64,000 nt of DNA. It comes from an uncultured Candidatus Entotheonella sp. (GTDB taxonomy: Bacteria > Tectomicrobia > Entotheonellia > Entotheonellales > Entotheonellaceae). The position numbers and the translations under genes were made by a program. Positions 1 to 10,359 of this stretch are shown here, piece by piece (positions within the stretch are counted from its first letter, which is position 1; each line of letters starts with the position of its first letter). Where the stretch lies: contig CBDCDA010000002.1 in NCBI GenBank assembly GCA_965215335.1, positions 384,001-448,000 of the forward strand, written 5' to 3'. Below the pieces are notes generated by a model. That model made no database searches, was not told the origin of the DNA, and saw only the letters and a program-made list of their open reading frames with translations.

Positions 1-125
1 AGGACTACCAGCGCATGCTCGATGCCATTCGCCGTGCCGAGGCGGCGGGGCTCAGCGGTGAGGCGGCGGTCATGGAAGCGTTTGAGGCAAATAAAAACGA
101 CTTGGCTCGCGTCAGCGGAAATTAA
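1..125 (+). CDS. gltB: Glutamate synthase large subunit, C-terminal end (partial)
   Basis: Frame from position 3 reads [40 protein letters not shown], a typical GltB C-terminus; lies directly upstream of gltD. Confidence 0.85.
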   Translation, partial: DYQRMLDAIRRAEAAGLSGEAAVMEAFEANKNDLARVSGN

Positions 126-157
126 GCGTCGGGCAGTGGATTGCTGAAGGAGACGTA

Positions 158-1642
158 GTGGGTAAGCCGACCGGATTCATGGAATATCAACGCGAATTGC
201 CTGTGGACCGCTCGCCGCGCGAACGGGTCAAGGATTGGCAGGAATTCCACGAACACTTCCCGATCGGGAAGCTGCAGGACCAGGCCAGCCGCTGCATGGA
301 TTGCGGCATTCCCTTCTGCCACACCGGCACCCTGATCAGCGGTATGGCGTCGGGGTGTCCGATCAACAACCTGATTCCGGAATGGAACGACCTGATTTAC
401 CGTGGCCTATGGCGGGAGGCACTGGAGCGCCTTCACAAGACCAATAACTTCCCCGAGTTTACGGGCCGCGTATGCCCGGCGCCCTGCGAAGGGTCCTGCG
501 TGCTGGGCATCACGGATCCGCCGGTGACGATCAAAAATATCGAATGCCAGATCATCGACAAAGGGTTTGAAGAAGGATGGGTGACGCCGCAGCCGCCGGA
601 GAAGCGCACCGGCAAACGGGTTGCGGTGATCGGCTCGGGACCTTCGGGGCTGTCGTGCGCCGCGCAGTTGAACCGCGCCGGGCACTTGGTCACCGTGTAT
701 GAACGCGCCGACCGGGTTGGCGGACTGCTGATGTACGGCATCCCGAACATGAAACTTGATAAAAACATCGTGCAGCGCCGTGTCGATTTGCTGGCCCAGG
801 AGGGCATTACGTTTGTCACCAATACTGCTGCTGGCGTGGATATCCCGGCGACTGCCATCCTCCAGGAGTCAGACGCGATGGTGCTGTGCTGCGGTGCAAC
901 AAAACCACGCGACCTGCCGATTCCGGGACGCGAGCTGAAGGGCATCCACTTCGCCATGGAGTTCCTGCACGCCAACACCAAGAGTCTGCTCGATTCCGGT
1001 CACGCCGACCAAAATTACGTCTCGGCCCGTGACAGGCACGTCATCGTCATCGGCGGCGGCGACACCGGTACCGACTGTGTCGGCACCTCGCTACGGCATC
1101 AGTGCATGAGCCTGGAGCAATTCGAGATCCTGTCGCGCCCGCCGGATGAGCGCCAGTCGAACAATCCGTGGCCGGAATGGCCGCGCATTTACCGGGTGGA
1201 TTACGGGCAGGAAGAGGCTGCGGCGCGTTTCGGCAATGACCCGCGCACGTTCGACATCATGACGGAGAAATTCGTCGGCGACGCGGACGGCAACGTCAAG
1301 GAGCTGCACACCGTGCAGGTCGCCTGGGGCACGGACGCCAGCGGCCGCTTCGGTCCTCGGAAGGTGCCCGGCACCGAGAAAGTCTGGCCGGCTGACCTCG
1401 TGTTGCTGGCCTTGGGCTTCCTGGGCCCGGAGGACGCGATCATCGAGGAACTCGAACTCGAGCGCGACGAGCGCTCGAACGTCAAGGCCGAATACGGCCG
1501 CTATGCCACCAGCGTCGAGGGTGTCTTCAGCGCCGGCGATATGCGCCGCGGGCAAAGCCTGGTGGTATGGGCGTTCAACGAAGGACGCGGCGCCGCCAGA
1601 GCATGCGATGAATATCTGATGAAGACGACCGACTTGCCGTAG
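158..1642 (+). CDS. gltD: Glutamate synthase small (beta) subunit
   Basis: MGKPTGF start, [13 protein letters not shown] Fe-S motifs, GSGPSG and GGGDTG Rossmann motifs, [13 protein letters not shown]. Confidence 0.97.
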   Translation: MGKPTGFMEYQRELPVDRSPRERVKDWQEFHEHFPIGKLQDQASRCMDCGIPFCHTGTLISGMASGCPINNLIPEWNDLIYRGLWREALERLHKTNNFPEFTGRVCPAPCEGSCVLGITDPPVTIKNIECQIIDKGFEEGWVTPQPPEKRTGKRVAVIGSGPSGLSCAAQLNRAGHLVTVYERADRVGGLLMYGIPNMKLDKNIVQRRVDLLAQEGITFVTNTAAGVDIPATAILQESDAMVLCCGATKPRDLPIPGRELKGIHFAMEFLHANTKSLLDSGHADQNYVSARDRHVIVIGGGDTGTDCVGTSLRHQCMSLEQFEILSRPPDERQSNNPWPEWPRIYRVDYGQEEAAARFGNDPRTFDIMTEKFVGDADGNVKELHTVQVAWGTDASGRFGPRKVPGTEKVWPADLVLLALGFLGPEDAIIEELELERDERSNVKAEYGRYATSVEGVFSAGDMRRGQSLVVWAFNEGRGAARACDEYLMKTTDLP

Positions 1643-1674
1643 GTACAAAACCGCTCACCCAGGGAAGGGAAACG

Positions 1675-2769
1675 ATGCGCAGGGCCAAGATTCTAGCCAC
1701 GGGCATGTATGTGCCGGACGACGTGGTTACCAACGACCTCCTCGCTCAGGTCATGGATACCAGCGATGAATGGATCACCCAGCGCAGTGGTATCAAGGAG
1801 CGCCGGGTAATCCCCGATACGTACCGGATGCTGACGCAATTGGCCGCCGCTCCCGACAAGCCGACGTATCTGCAAACCCTGTACGACACCGGTATCGATG
1901 GCAGAATCGACGCGCAAATGTCCACCGCGGACCTCGCCTTCAACGCTACCCAGGTCGCCCTGCGGCAGGCCAACATGAAGCCGCAGGACCTCGACCTGAT
2001 CATCCAGACGAGTGTGCTGTCGGATTACGTCTTCCCCGGCAGCGCATGCGTCCTGGCCGACAAGCTGGACCTCACCTCGACGCCGACGTTCAGCCTCAAT
2101 CAGGGCTGTGCCGGGTTTGTCTATGCGCTGTCCATGGCGGATCAATACATCAGGACCGGCATGTATGACACGGTGCTCGTGCTGGGTGCCGAGGTCCTGT
2201 CGTCGCTTTTCGAGTACAGCGACCGTGGCCGCGACATGTCCGTGCTGTTTGCCGACGGCGCCGGGGCGGCGATCGTGGTGCCGGCCGAGGAAGACGAACC
2301 CAGCGGTCTACTGTCACACCACCTGCACACCGATGGCACGCTGCTCGACAAGCTGTACGCCGACACCTTCGGCAGTTCCACATTCCCGCCCGCGGCCAAG
2401 GCCCGCATCGATACCGACCGCGCTCGCCCGCGCATGGCGGGGCGGGCCGTATTTGCGCAGGCCGTGCGGCGCTTCCGGGAGGTCATCCGAGAATGCCTGG
2501 AAGCCAACAAGATGCAGATCGACGAGGTCGATCATTTCCTGTTTCACCAGGCCAACCAGCGTATCATTGACGCCATCGCCGACAGCCTCGGCATCCCCTC
2601 CGAAAAGGCCTACACCAACATCCGGAAATACGGCAACACCTCTGCCGCTTCGGTGCCGATTCTGCTCCACGAAACCCTGCAGGAGGGCCGCATTCAGCGC
2701 GGTGACCTGTGCCTGATGGCCGCTTTTGGAACCGGTTTCAACTGGGGTGCGTCGCTGCTGTATTGGTAG
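1675..2769 (+). CDS. fabH: 3-oxoacyl-ACP synthase III family protein
   Basis: DTSDEWITQRSGI, catalytic Cys (GCAGF), His (HQAN), Asn (YGNTSAASVP), FGTGFNWG. Confidence 0.9.
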   Translation: MRRAKILATGMYVPDDVVTNDLLAQVMDTSDEWITQRSGIKERRVIPDTYRMLTQLAAAPDKPTYLQTLYDTGIDGRIDAQMSTADLAFNATQVALRQANMKPQDLDLIIQTSVLSDYVFPGSACVLADKLDLTSTPTFSLNQGCAGFVYALSMADQYIRTGMYDTVLVLGAEVLSSLFEYSDRGRDMSVLFADGAGAAIVVPAEEDEPSGLLSHHLHTDGTLLDKLYADTFGSSTFPPAAKARIDTDRARPRMAGRAVFAQAVRRFREVIRECLEANKMQIDEVDHFLFHQANQRIIDAIADSLGIPSEKAYTNIRKYGNTSAASVPILLHETLQEGRIQRGDLCLMAAFGTGFNWGASLLYW

Positions 2770-2865
2770 CCATACAGGGATTCGGGATGCGTAGACTGCG
2801 TTTACGGGTTATTCTCCGCACGCATCGCTGACAGTCGTGACTGCGCGTTCAGGGAGGACCCACCG

Positions 2866-5238
2866 ATGCCGACTGAGCACCCGACATATCCTGTACTGCC
2901 CCTCAAAAGCACCGTCCTGTTTCCTCACATCCTGCTGCCCGTAGCGGTCGGTCGGCCAATGTCGGTGGCCGCTGCCGAAGCCACCCTGGCCTCTGAGGAC
3001 AAGCGTCTGGTGGCCGCCGTGCAACGTGACCCGCAGACCCAGACGCCTGAACTCGCGGACCTGTATCCAACGGCGACCCTGGCGGTGGTGAAGCGCGTCA
3101 TCCAGCGTCACGAAAACGTTCTGCAACTCGTCCTGCAAGGCGTTGAGCGCGTCGAACTGCTGCACGACGTCGAATCTGATGTTTACATGCGCGCTGCCGT
3201 GCGTCCGCTGGCCGAGCCCGAGGACAACTCTGCTGAGGTGACCGCCCTGTTCCGCAACATCCAGGAACTGGTGCGCAAGGCGGTCCAGTTCCTGGAAACG
3301 ATCCCCGAGGACATGGCGAACCTGCTCATCAACACGGTGGAGCCCGTTAAGCTGGCCTACCTGATTGCCACCGTGCTCAACATCGACACCCGACAGGAAA
3401 TCGAATTGTTGATGACGGACAACCTGCGTCCTTTGCTGGAGCAGATCGCGGAGCACTTGTCGCGCGAGGTGCAGATCCTCAGTCTGCGCCGCAAGATCGC
3501 CGGCGAGACGCAAGTAGAGCTCGACAAGGCCCAGCGGGAGTATGTGTTGCGGCAGCAGCTCCGGCAGATCAAGAAGGAGCTTGGCGAGGATGAGGATCAG
3601 GACGACGTGGACGTGCTGCGCGAACGCCTGGCGGAAACGGAACTGCCGGACGAGGTGCGCAAGGAACTCGATCGTGAGGTGGCGCGGCTGCAGCGATTGA
3701 CACCGATGGCGCCGGACCACCAGTTGCTGCGCAGCTATCTCGAGTTCGCCCTGGAGTTGCCTTGGACCGCGGCGACGGTTGACCAGCTTGACTTGAAACG
3801 TGCCCAAAACATTTTGAACGAAGACCACTTCGGGCTGGATGACGTTAAGAATCGCATCATCGAGCACCTGGCCGTTATGCAGCTCAAGCCGGAAGCCTCC
3901 AGCCCAATCCTGTGCTTCGTAGGGCCGCCGGGTGTCGGCAAGACCAGTCTGGGGCACTCCATCGCGCGGGCGCTGGGGCGGCGCTTCGAGCGTTTTTCCC
4001 TCGGCGGCGTGCACGATGAGGCCGAACTGCGGGGGCACCGCCGCACCTACATCGGCTCGCTGCCCGGTCGCATCCTGCAGGCCATCCGGCGCTCGGAGGT
4101 GCGCAATCCGGTCCTGATGCTCGATGAAGTCGATAAGCTCGGGCGAGATTTTCGCGGCGACCCGGCGGCGGCTCTGCTGGAAATTCTCGACCCTGCCCAG
4201 AACCACACGTTCCGGGATCACTATCTCGACCTGCCGTTCGACCTGTCGAGCGTCTTTTTCATCTGTACGGCGAACACCCTCGAAACGATTCCCGCGCCGC
4301 TCATCGACCGTCTGGAGATCATGACCTTGGCGGGGTACAGCGCCGAGGAAAAATTGGAAATTGCCTGGCGCTATCTCCTGCCGCGGCAGGTGGAGCGGAA
4401 CGGTCTGTCGGCCGAGCAATTGCCGCTGAGCGAGGCGGCCCTGCGGACTATCATCAACCACTACACGCACGAGGCCGGGGTGCGTCAACTCGAGCGCATG
4501 GTTGGCCAGGTGGCGCGCAAAATTGCCCGCCAGGTAGCCATGCAGGAGACGTTGCGTGAGAGCCTGGAGGCGGACGACTTGGAGGATCTGCTGGGGCCGG
4601 AGACGCATCTGCTGGAGGAAGCGCGCCAAAACTTGGCGCCCGGCGTCGCCGCCGGCCTGGCGGTTACCCCGGCGGGAGGTGATGTGCTGTACATCGAGGC
4701 GCAACTGCTTCCGGGAGGCAAAGGGCTGGCGCTGACCGGGCAACTCGGTGAGGTGATGCGGGAATCGGCAGAGATCGCCCGCGACCTCCTGTGGTCCGCT
4801 GCCGGGCGTCTTGGTATTCAGGTCAAGAATTTTGAAAACAACGGCATGCACGTGCACGTGCCCGCCGGCGCCATCCCCAAGGATGGTCCCTCAGCGGGCA
4901 TCGCCGTAGCCGCCGCCCTGGCGTCGCTGCTGACCCATACACCGGTGCGTTCGGACACCGCCATGACCGGCGAAATCACCCTCGCCGGCTTGGTGCTGCC
5001 CGTCGGCGGGGTGAAGGAAAAGGTCCTGGCGGCGCGCCGTGCCGGCTTTCGGCGGATCATCCTGCCCAAGGCCAACGCCAAAGACCTGCGCCAGCTCCCC
5101 GAGGCGGTGCGCGACGAAATGGACTTCCTTCTGGCTGAGCAGTTCGACGACGTCATTCGCACCGCCATCCCCGACCTGGAACTGGCCGATCTCTCCAAGG
5201 ACCTGCCGGCGTGGATGCCGGAACAGGCAGGCGGGTGA
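2866..5238 (+). CDS. lon: ATP-dependent protease La
   Basis: LON N-domain, Walker A GPPGVGKTS, LRGHRRTYIG, DGPSAG (Ser) and GGVKEK (Lys) dyad. Confidence 0.97.
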   Translation: MPTEHPTYPVLPLKSTVLFPHILLPVAVGRPMSVAAAEATLASEDKRLVAAVQRDPQTQTPELADLYPTATLAVVKRVIQRHENVLQLVLQGVERVELLHDVESDVYMRAAVRPLAEPEDNSAEVTALFRNIQELVRKAVQFLETIPEDMANLLINTVEPVKLAYLIATVLNIDTRQEIELLMTDNLRPLLEQIAEHLSREVQILSLRRKIAGETQVELDKAQREYVLRQQLRQIKKELGEDEDQDDVDVLRERLAETELPDEVRKELDREVARLQRLTPMAPDHQLLRSYLEFALELPWTAATVDQLDLKRAQNILNEDHFGLDDVKNRIIEHLAVMQLKPEASSPILCFVGPPGVGKTSLGHSIARALGRRFERFSLGGVHDEAELRGHRRTYIGSLPGRILQAIRRSEVRNPVLMLDEVDKLGRDFRGDPAAALLEILDPAQNHTFRDHYLDLPFDLSSVFFICTANTLETIPAPLIDRLEIMTLAGYSAEEKLEIAWRYLLPRQVERNGLSAEQLPLSEAALRTIINHYTHEAGVRQLERMVGQVARKIARQVAMQETLRESLEADDLEDLLGPETHLLEEARQNLAPGVAAGLAVTPAGGDVLYIEAQLLPGGKGLALTGQLGEVMRESAEIARDLLWSAAGRLGIQVKNFENNGMHVHVPAGAIPKDGPSAGIAVAAALASLLTHTPVRSDTAMTGEITLAGLVLPVGGVKEKVLAARRAGFRRIILPKANAKDLRQLPEAVRDEMDFLLAEQFDDVIRTAIPDLELADLSKDLPAWMPEQAGG

Positions 5239-5453
5239 CGGCTATCTGCTCGGAGAGGAGGAGTGTCACATGCTTCGGTATTGCAGGCCAAGGACCTCGC
5301 GGCTTCAAGGAGACATTGAGATGGGGGAAACTGTTGTCAGCATCGGACTGGAAAACTTTGTGGACCGCAGTAATGTCAGGATCGGAACACGAGTTCAGTC
5401 TCCCCACAGACCCGCCAGTCCACGGCTGTATTGGCGCATCGTTGTCATTGGAG

Positions 5454-7091
5454 TCAACGCCGTTTCACGATGTACCCTGCCGCTTCGCGGTCCCAGGTTG
5501 CCGGGGTGACGCCCGCCTCTCGCAGGACGTGCTTTCGCAACTTCTCCGTGGGTGTCTTGGGCATGTCGTTGACGAACTCCACGTAACGCGGCACCGCGAA
5601 GTAGGGCATGCGTTCCTGACAGTAGTCGAGCAATTTTTCCGGCCGGATCTGCATGCCGTGGCGCAGGAGCACACAGGCTTTGACCTCGTCCTCACCGCCG
5701 GCAATGCTGGACTTGACCGCCACGGCGGCAGACTCGGCGACCGCGGGATGGTCGTTCAAGACCTGCTCGATTTCATAAGATGAAATGTTTTCGCCCCGCC
5801 GACGAATGCAATCCTTCATCCGATCCACGAAGTAGAAATAGCCCTCCGCGTCGCGCGTCCCGGCGTCCCCGGTGTGGAACCAGAAATTGCGCCAAGCCTC
5901 CACGGTTTTTTCCGGCATGGCATGGTAGCCGGCCATGAACGCCCACGGTTCCTTGGGGCGCACGACCATCTCGCCCACCGTACCGGGCGGCAATTCCTCA
6001 TCCGTATCGGGGTCCACAATGGCCATCTCGAACCACTCGTCGAGCACCTTGCCGCACGAATTGGCCCGTAGCCCCTTGTCGTAGGGCATGTAGGTCGGGA
6101 TGTTTACCTCGGTCATGCCGTACACCTCCAGCAGTTTGGTGTTGAAGCGTTGCTGAAACGCCTCCCCCCATTCCGGGGCGATCGGCACGGCGACGACGAC
6201 GCGCAGGCGGTGGTCGCGGTCCTCGGCACGTGGTGGCTGCCGGTAGATGAACTCGGTCATCACGCCGAGGGTGTTGGTGACGGTGGCCCCGCAGCGGCGC
6301 ACGTCGTCGAGCCAGTGGCTGGCGCTGAAGGAGCGCGCCAAAACCAGCCTGCAGCCAACAATCAGAGCGCTGTACACCTGCATGAGCAGGGCGTTGGCGT
6401 GAAACAGCGGCATGCAACAGTAGTACACGTCGTCCGGGGTGAGGTGAATGGCCTTGATCTTGGCGTGCCCGTAGAGATAGAGGTGGGCGTGCGGCATCAG
6501 CACCCCTTTGGACGGGCCGGTGGTGCCGGAGGTGTACATGATGGCGCCAGTGTCGTGGTAGGCAACGGGCACGACCAAGGGGGTGGCCGGCGCGTCGAGC
6601 AGCGCATCGAAGGAAACCGCGCGAAGCCGCGAGAAGGCGGGCAGGTCGGTTCCCGAACCTTCGGCGTCCCTGACGACAACGGTTTCGAGATGCGGCAGGC
6701 GGTCTTCGCTGGCTTGCAGCACGGGTACGAATTCGCGGTCGATGATCATCACGCGGGCGCTGCCGTTGACCGCGACGTTGTTGATGACGTGTTCGAGGAA
6801 ACCGCCCTTGTACGCGGTGTTGACCGGCACCATGACGGCGCCCAGGCGGTTGATGCCGAACCAGGCGTCGAGGAAGGCGACGCTGTTGGGTATCATCAGC
6901 AAAACCCGCTCATCGCGTTGCACGCCCATGGTCGCCAAGGCGTTGGCCACCCGGTTGGCCCGCGCGTCCATGTCGCCAAAGGTATGGGGCGGGCCGTCCT
7001 GGAACTGCACGAACGGTTTGTCGTGCAAGGCCGCCCCTTGCTTGGCCAGAACCGTGCCCAGCACCCAACCGGTTTTGTCAACCGCCCCCAT
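5454..7091 (-). CDS. Acyl-CoA synthetase, crotonobetaine/carnitine-CoA ligase (CaiC)-like
   Basis: YTSGTTGPSKG AMP-binding loop, YGMTE, FHTGD, DRMKDCIRRRGENIS; ATG at 7091 chosen (purine-rich SD upstream). Confidence 0.9.
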   Translation of the reverse strand: MGAVDKTGWVLGTVLAKQGAALHDKPFVQFQDGPPHTFGDMDARANRVANALATMGVQRDERVLLMIPNSVAFLDAWFGINRLGAVMVPVNTAYKGGFLEHVINNVAVNGSARVMIIDREFVPVLQASEDRLPHLETVVVRDAEGSGTDLPAFSRLRAVSFDALLDAPATPLVVPVAYHDTGAIMYTSGTTGPSKGVLMPHAHLYLYGHAKIKAIHLTPDDVYYCCMPLFHANALLMQVYSALIVGCRLVLARSFSASHWLDDVRRCGATVTNTLGVMTEFIYRQPPRAEDRDHRLRVVVAVPIAPEWGEAFQQRFNTKLLEVYGMTEVNIPTYMPYDKGLRANSCGKVLDEWFEMAIVDPDTDEELPPGTVGEMVVRPKEPWAFMAGYHAMPEKTVEAWRNFWFHTGDAGTRDAEGYFYFVDRMKDCIRRRGENISSYEIEQVLNDHPAVAESAAVAVKSSIAGGEDEVKACVLLRHGMQIRPEKLLDYCQERMPYFAVPRYVEFVNDMPKTPTEKLRKHVLREAGVTPATWDREAAGYIVKRR

Positions 7092-7182
7092 TCTTTTCCT
7101 CCTCCCCCGTTTCCTGCACACCGTCGTTCAGCGCAAGGCCAGTGGTGGCACCACGCGACTCGGCATGCCAATCCAGTATGTT

Positions 7183-7191
7183 TGCTATAAT
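7183..7191 (+). promoter_or_regulatory. Extended -10 sigma70-type promoter (TGcTATAAT) upstream of hisC
   Basis: Exact TGnTATAAT in the divergent intergenic region. Confidence 0.55.
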
Positions 7192-7283
7192 ACCGCGCCC
7201 TTAACAGCAAGAAAAATCAGGCTGCCGGTGCAAACGTGGACGGGTAGGGCACGTGGGCCGGTTTCATGGATGGGGACAGACAG

Positions 7284-8342
7284 ATGCGCATTGACTCGGT
7301 GCTCGGGCGGGTACGCGACTGCATTCGGACGATGCACGGGTACGTTCCGGGCAAGCAGCCCGTGGACGGGCAATACATCAAGCTGAACACCAACGAAAAT
7401 CCGTACCCGCCGTCACCCGCCGTGCTCGAGGCGCTGCGGCAGGCAGTCAACGGGGATTTGCGGTTTTACAGCGACCCGCTGGCCACACCGCTGCGTGAGC
7501 AGGCCGCCCGACACTACGGCTGCGCGCCAGACGAGATCATCGTCGGCAACGGTTCCGACGACGTGCTGACGATGATTTTCCGCACCTTCCTGGACGCCGG
7601 GGACATCCTCGTCACGCCGGCGCCGAGTTACTCGCTGTACCAGGTGCTCGGCGCCTTGCAGGGCGCCGACTACCGGGAAATCCCCATGGGTCCCGAGTAC
7701 ATCCTGCCAGACGGTCTCGACGCCTGCGGCGCCAAGCTGGTTTTCATCGTCAATCCCAACGCCCCCACCGGCGTGCTGCATCCGGCCGACGCGCTGCGCG
7801 ACTTCCTGACCCGCAGCGACAGCATGGTGGTGCTGGACGAAGCCTATGCCGATTTTGCCGGTGAGAGCGCCATCGACCTGTTACCCGAGTTTCCCAATCT
7901 GATCGTGGTGCGAACGTTTTCGAAATCCTACGCGCTGGCGGGCATGCGTCTGGGGCTGGGTTTCGCGCGGCGGGAGGTCATTGCGCAGATGATGAAGGTG
8001 AAGGATTCCTACAACCTCGACCGCTTGGCGATCGTGGCCGGTTGCGCGGCGCTACAGGACCAGGCGTGGTTGCATGAGACGACGGGCCGTATCATCCGTA
8101 CCCGCACGGGGGTTCTGGAGGCGTTGACGACCATGGGGCTGCACGTGCCGCCTTCACGGAGCAATTTCGTGTTTCCGCTCATCCCGGACGGGCGCGCCGC
8201 CGAGGTCTATCAAGCCCTCGAAGCGCGCCGCATCCTGGTGCGCTACTTCAACGCTCCGCTGGTCGCCGATTCCCTGCGCGTGACGGTGGGAACCGACGAC
8301 GACATGGCCGCGTTCGTCGAGGCGCTGAGCGCCCTGTTGTAG
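7284..8342 (+). CDS. hisC: Histidinol-phosphate aminotransferase
   Basis: IKLNTNENPY, GNGSD, NPNAPTG, DEAY, RTFSKSYALAGMRLG (PLP lysine). Confidence 0.93.
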   Translation: MRIDSVLGRVRDCIRTMHGYVPGKQPVDGQYIKLNTNENPYPPSPAVLEALRQAVNGDLRFYSDPLATPLREQAARHYGCAPDEIIVGNGSDDVLTMIFRTFLDAGDILVTPAPSYSLYQVLGALQGADYREIPMGPEYILPDGLDACGAKLVFIVNPNAPTGVLHPADALRDFLTRSDSMVVLDEAYADFAGESAIDLLPEFPNLIVVRTFSKSYALAGMRLGLGFARREVIAQMMKVKDSYNLDRLAIVAGCAALQDQAWLHETTGRIIRTRTGVLEALTTMGLHVPPSRSNFVFPLIPDGRAAEVYQALEARRILVRYFNAPLVADSLRVTVGTDDDMAAFVEALSALL

Positions 8343-8419
8343 GAGGTCATGGGACACAAATCGTGATCGGTGGCGAGTGAATGATGCCCCGGTCACTCGG
8401 TCACGAAACCAACGCTCTT

Positions 8420-9796
8420 CTATCGGGGACTGGTGGCGGAAACAAAATCGCTGTACGCTGGCATGCCGTGCTCGCCTTGATCCAGCCCTTCCACTTCCTC
8501 TTCCTCCGACACCCGCAAACCGATTACGGATTTGATGATGCCGAAGAATACCAGGGAGGCGATCACGCAGACGACACCGTAGGCGACGACGCCAACGACC
8601 TGCGTGATAAATTGCCCGACACCAGCCTTGGCACCGAAGATGCCGACCGCGAGGGTGCCCCAGATGCCGCAGACGAGATGGACGGACACGGCGCCCACCG
8701 GGTCATCAACCCGCACACGGTCGAAAAAGACGACCGAGAAATACACGATCACACCGGCGATCAGGCCGATGAAGAAAGCCGAGTGCAGGCCCATGAGGTC
8801 GGCGCCGGCGGTGATGCCCACCAGGCCGGCCAGAATGCCGTTCAGGCCCATGGACAGGTCCGGTTTCCTGGAGAAAATCCAGGAGGTGTACATGGCGCCC
8901 AGGCCACCGGCGGCGGCGGCGATGCACGTCGTCATCAGGGTCAGCGAGGTGGCTGCCGGGTCGGCGCTCAGGACGGAACCGCCGTTGAACCCGAACCAGC
9001 CGAGCCACAACAGGAAAACGCCGATGGTGGCCAGCGGCATGTTGTGGCCGGGCAGGGCGCGAATCCTGTCACCCACATATTTGCCACGCCGGGCGCCCAG
9101 CAGGATGGCGCCGATGAGGGCCGCCCAGCCGCCGACACTGTGCACCAGCGTGGAACCGGCGAAGTCGTAGAAGCCCATCGCGTCCAGCCAGCCACCGCCC
9201 CATTTCCAGGAGCCGACCCAAGGGTAGATCAAGCTCACGTACAACACCGTGAAGATCATGAACGAACCCAGCTTGACGCGTTCGGCCACGGCGCCGGAAA
9301 CGATGGTGGCCGCAGTTGCCGCGAACATGGCCTGAAACAGGAAGTCCGTCCAATACGTGTAGCCCACGTTGTAAGCCTGCGTGACGCCCGCATCGTCGGT
9401 GTCCAGCCCGAATCCCGCGAACCCCAGAAAGCCGTTGAAGTCGCCCGGGTACATCAAGTTAAAGCCGATATAGGCATAGCTAATAACCCCGAAACAGACG
9501 ATGAACATGTTCTTGAACAAGATGTTGACGGTATTTTTCTGCTGCGTCAGCCCGCTTTCCAGCGTGGCAAAGCCCAAGTGCATGATGAAGACCAGGCCGG
9601 TGCAGAGCATCATCCACAGGTTGTTGGCAGTGAAGACGCCCACGGACACGGTGTTTTCAGCCGGCGCTGCCTGGGCGGCGACGGCTTCAGTGGCTTCCTG
9701 TGCGGATGCAGTGCCTTGGGCCAGCGCCGCTGCCGTCGCGAACGTGACGAGGAGCAGCAGGGTTGGAAGCCATTTCGGAGCGCGCAGGGTGTACAT
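8420..9796 (-). CDS. amtB: Ammonium transporter (Amt family) with N-terminal signal-like extension
   Basis: FQAMFAAT, SGAVAER, DFAGSTLVH, WFGFNGGS, DDPVGAVSVH, GLDQGEHG. Confidence 0.96.
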   Translation of the reverse strand: MYTLRAPKWLPTLLLLVTFATAAALAQGTASAQEATEAVAAQAAPAENTVSVGVFTANNLWMMLCTGLVFIMHLGFATLESGLTQQKNTVNILFKNMFIVCFGVISYAYIGFNLMYPGDFNGFLGFAGFGLDTDDAGVTQAYNVGYTYWTDFLFQAMFAATAATIVSGAVAERVKLGSFMIFTVLYVSLIYPWVGSWKWGGGWLDAMGFYDFAGSTLVHSVGGWAALIGAILLGARRGKYVGDRIRALPGHNMPLATIGVFLLWLGWFGFNGGSVLSADPAATSLTLMTTCIAAAAGGLGAMYTSWIFSRKPDLSMGLNGILAGLVGITAGADLMGLHSAFFIGLIAGVIVYFSVVFFDRVRVDDPVGAVSVHLVCGIWGTLAVGIFGAKAGVGQFITQVVGVVAYGVVCVIASLVFFGIIKSVIGLRVSEEEEVEGLDQGEHGMPAYSDFVSATSPR

Positions 9797-9867
9797 GATT
9801 ACCTCCTGTACAGGTGGATCGTGTCAGGTTGAGATTCCGTCCTCGGTGTTGGCTCCTTCGTCAGTAG

Positions 9868-9884
9868 AGCAAATCTTGTGCCAG
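9868..9884 (-). promoter_or_regulatory. Sigma-54 (-24/-12) promoter of amt
   Basis: Minus strand reads CTGGCAC-AAGAT-TTGCT, the consensus TGGCAC-N5-TTGC, about 70 nt upstream of the amt start. Confidence 0.85.
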
Positions 9885-9923
9885 CCAGCACGCAGCCTGC
9901 ATGGGATCGCTAAAACAGCATGA

Positions 9924-9936
9924 AATCAATGGCTTA
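9924..9936 (+). promoter_or_regulatory. IHF-binding consensus between the sigma-54 promoter and upstream palindromes
   Basis: AATCAA-TGGC-TTA matches WATCAANNNNTTR at the position expected for sigma-54 promoters. Confidence 0.6.
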
Positions 9937-9992
9937 TGTGCTTCTGTGTGTTGGATCGGGACGAGGCAAGGCTGGTCCGGCTGTTCATGGCC

Positions 9993-10023
9993 GACAACTT
10001 TGTCAGAAAAACAACATTGTTGT
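9993..10023. promoter_or_regulatory. Paired palindromes, candidate enhancer-binding-protein sites (UAS)
   Basis: GACAA-CT-TTGTC (9993-10004) and ACAACA-T-TGTTGT (10011-10023), about 110-140 bp upstream of the -24 element. Confidence 0.5.
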
Positions 10024-10174
10024 GTCCAGGCACGACGACGTCGGCTTTTTGTCTCCAAAGGGGGGCGAGTCGTCGTCATCCTGCTCAAGGGCAAGGCGGA
10101 AGAACCGACGATTGCGGCGGTGGCACGGCTTGAGACCCGGGATAAGCAGGCACGTTATCGCCTGGGGGAGGGCA

Positions 10175-10347
10175 TTACCGTGCGCCGCCCGTTCAGGCAG
10201 TCTTCGTGGACCCGTACCTTCAGGCCCTCGGCATCCAGGATGGTCTCCATCACCCCCGGCCAGCGCGCCTCGAACGGCCAGCTGCTTGCGCGTCAGCGGA
10301 ATGGTGCCCCACGAGAGTGAATCGGCGTAAACCAGAATGTCCTGCAC
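10175..10347 (-). pseudogene. SGNH/GDSL hydrolase N-terminal remnant (frameshifted, truncated)
   Basis: MQDILVYADSLSWGTIPLTRKQL, +1 shift, then FEARWPGVMETILDAEGLKVRVHEDCLNGRRTV (SGNH blocks I and II); similarity stops there. Confidence 0.75.
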
Positions 10348-10359
10348 ACGGTCCTCCTT

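Noticed and set aside
2809..4857. Long antisense ORFs (also 8381-9832, 11401-13299, 25865-27505, 37475-38929, 40665-42752, 42479-44548)
   Set aside because: Shadow frames opposite well-supported genes, expected in high-GC DNA
5239..5453. Possible small gene or HicA-like relic between lon and the CoA ligase (MGRLNSCSD...AIPKH)
   Set aside because: Resemblance is too faint, with no GSH motif and no convincing start signals
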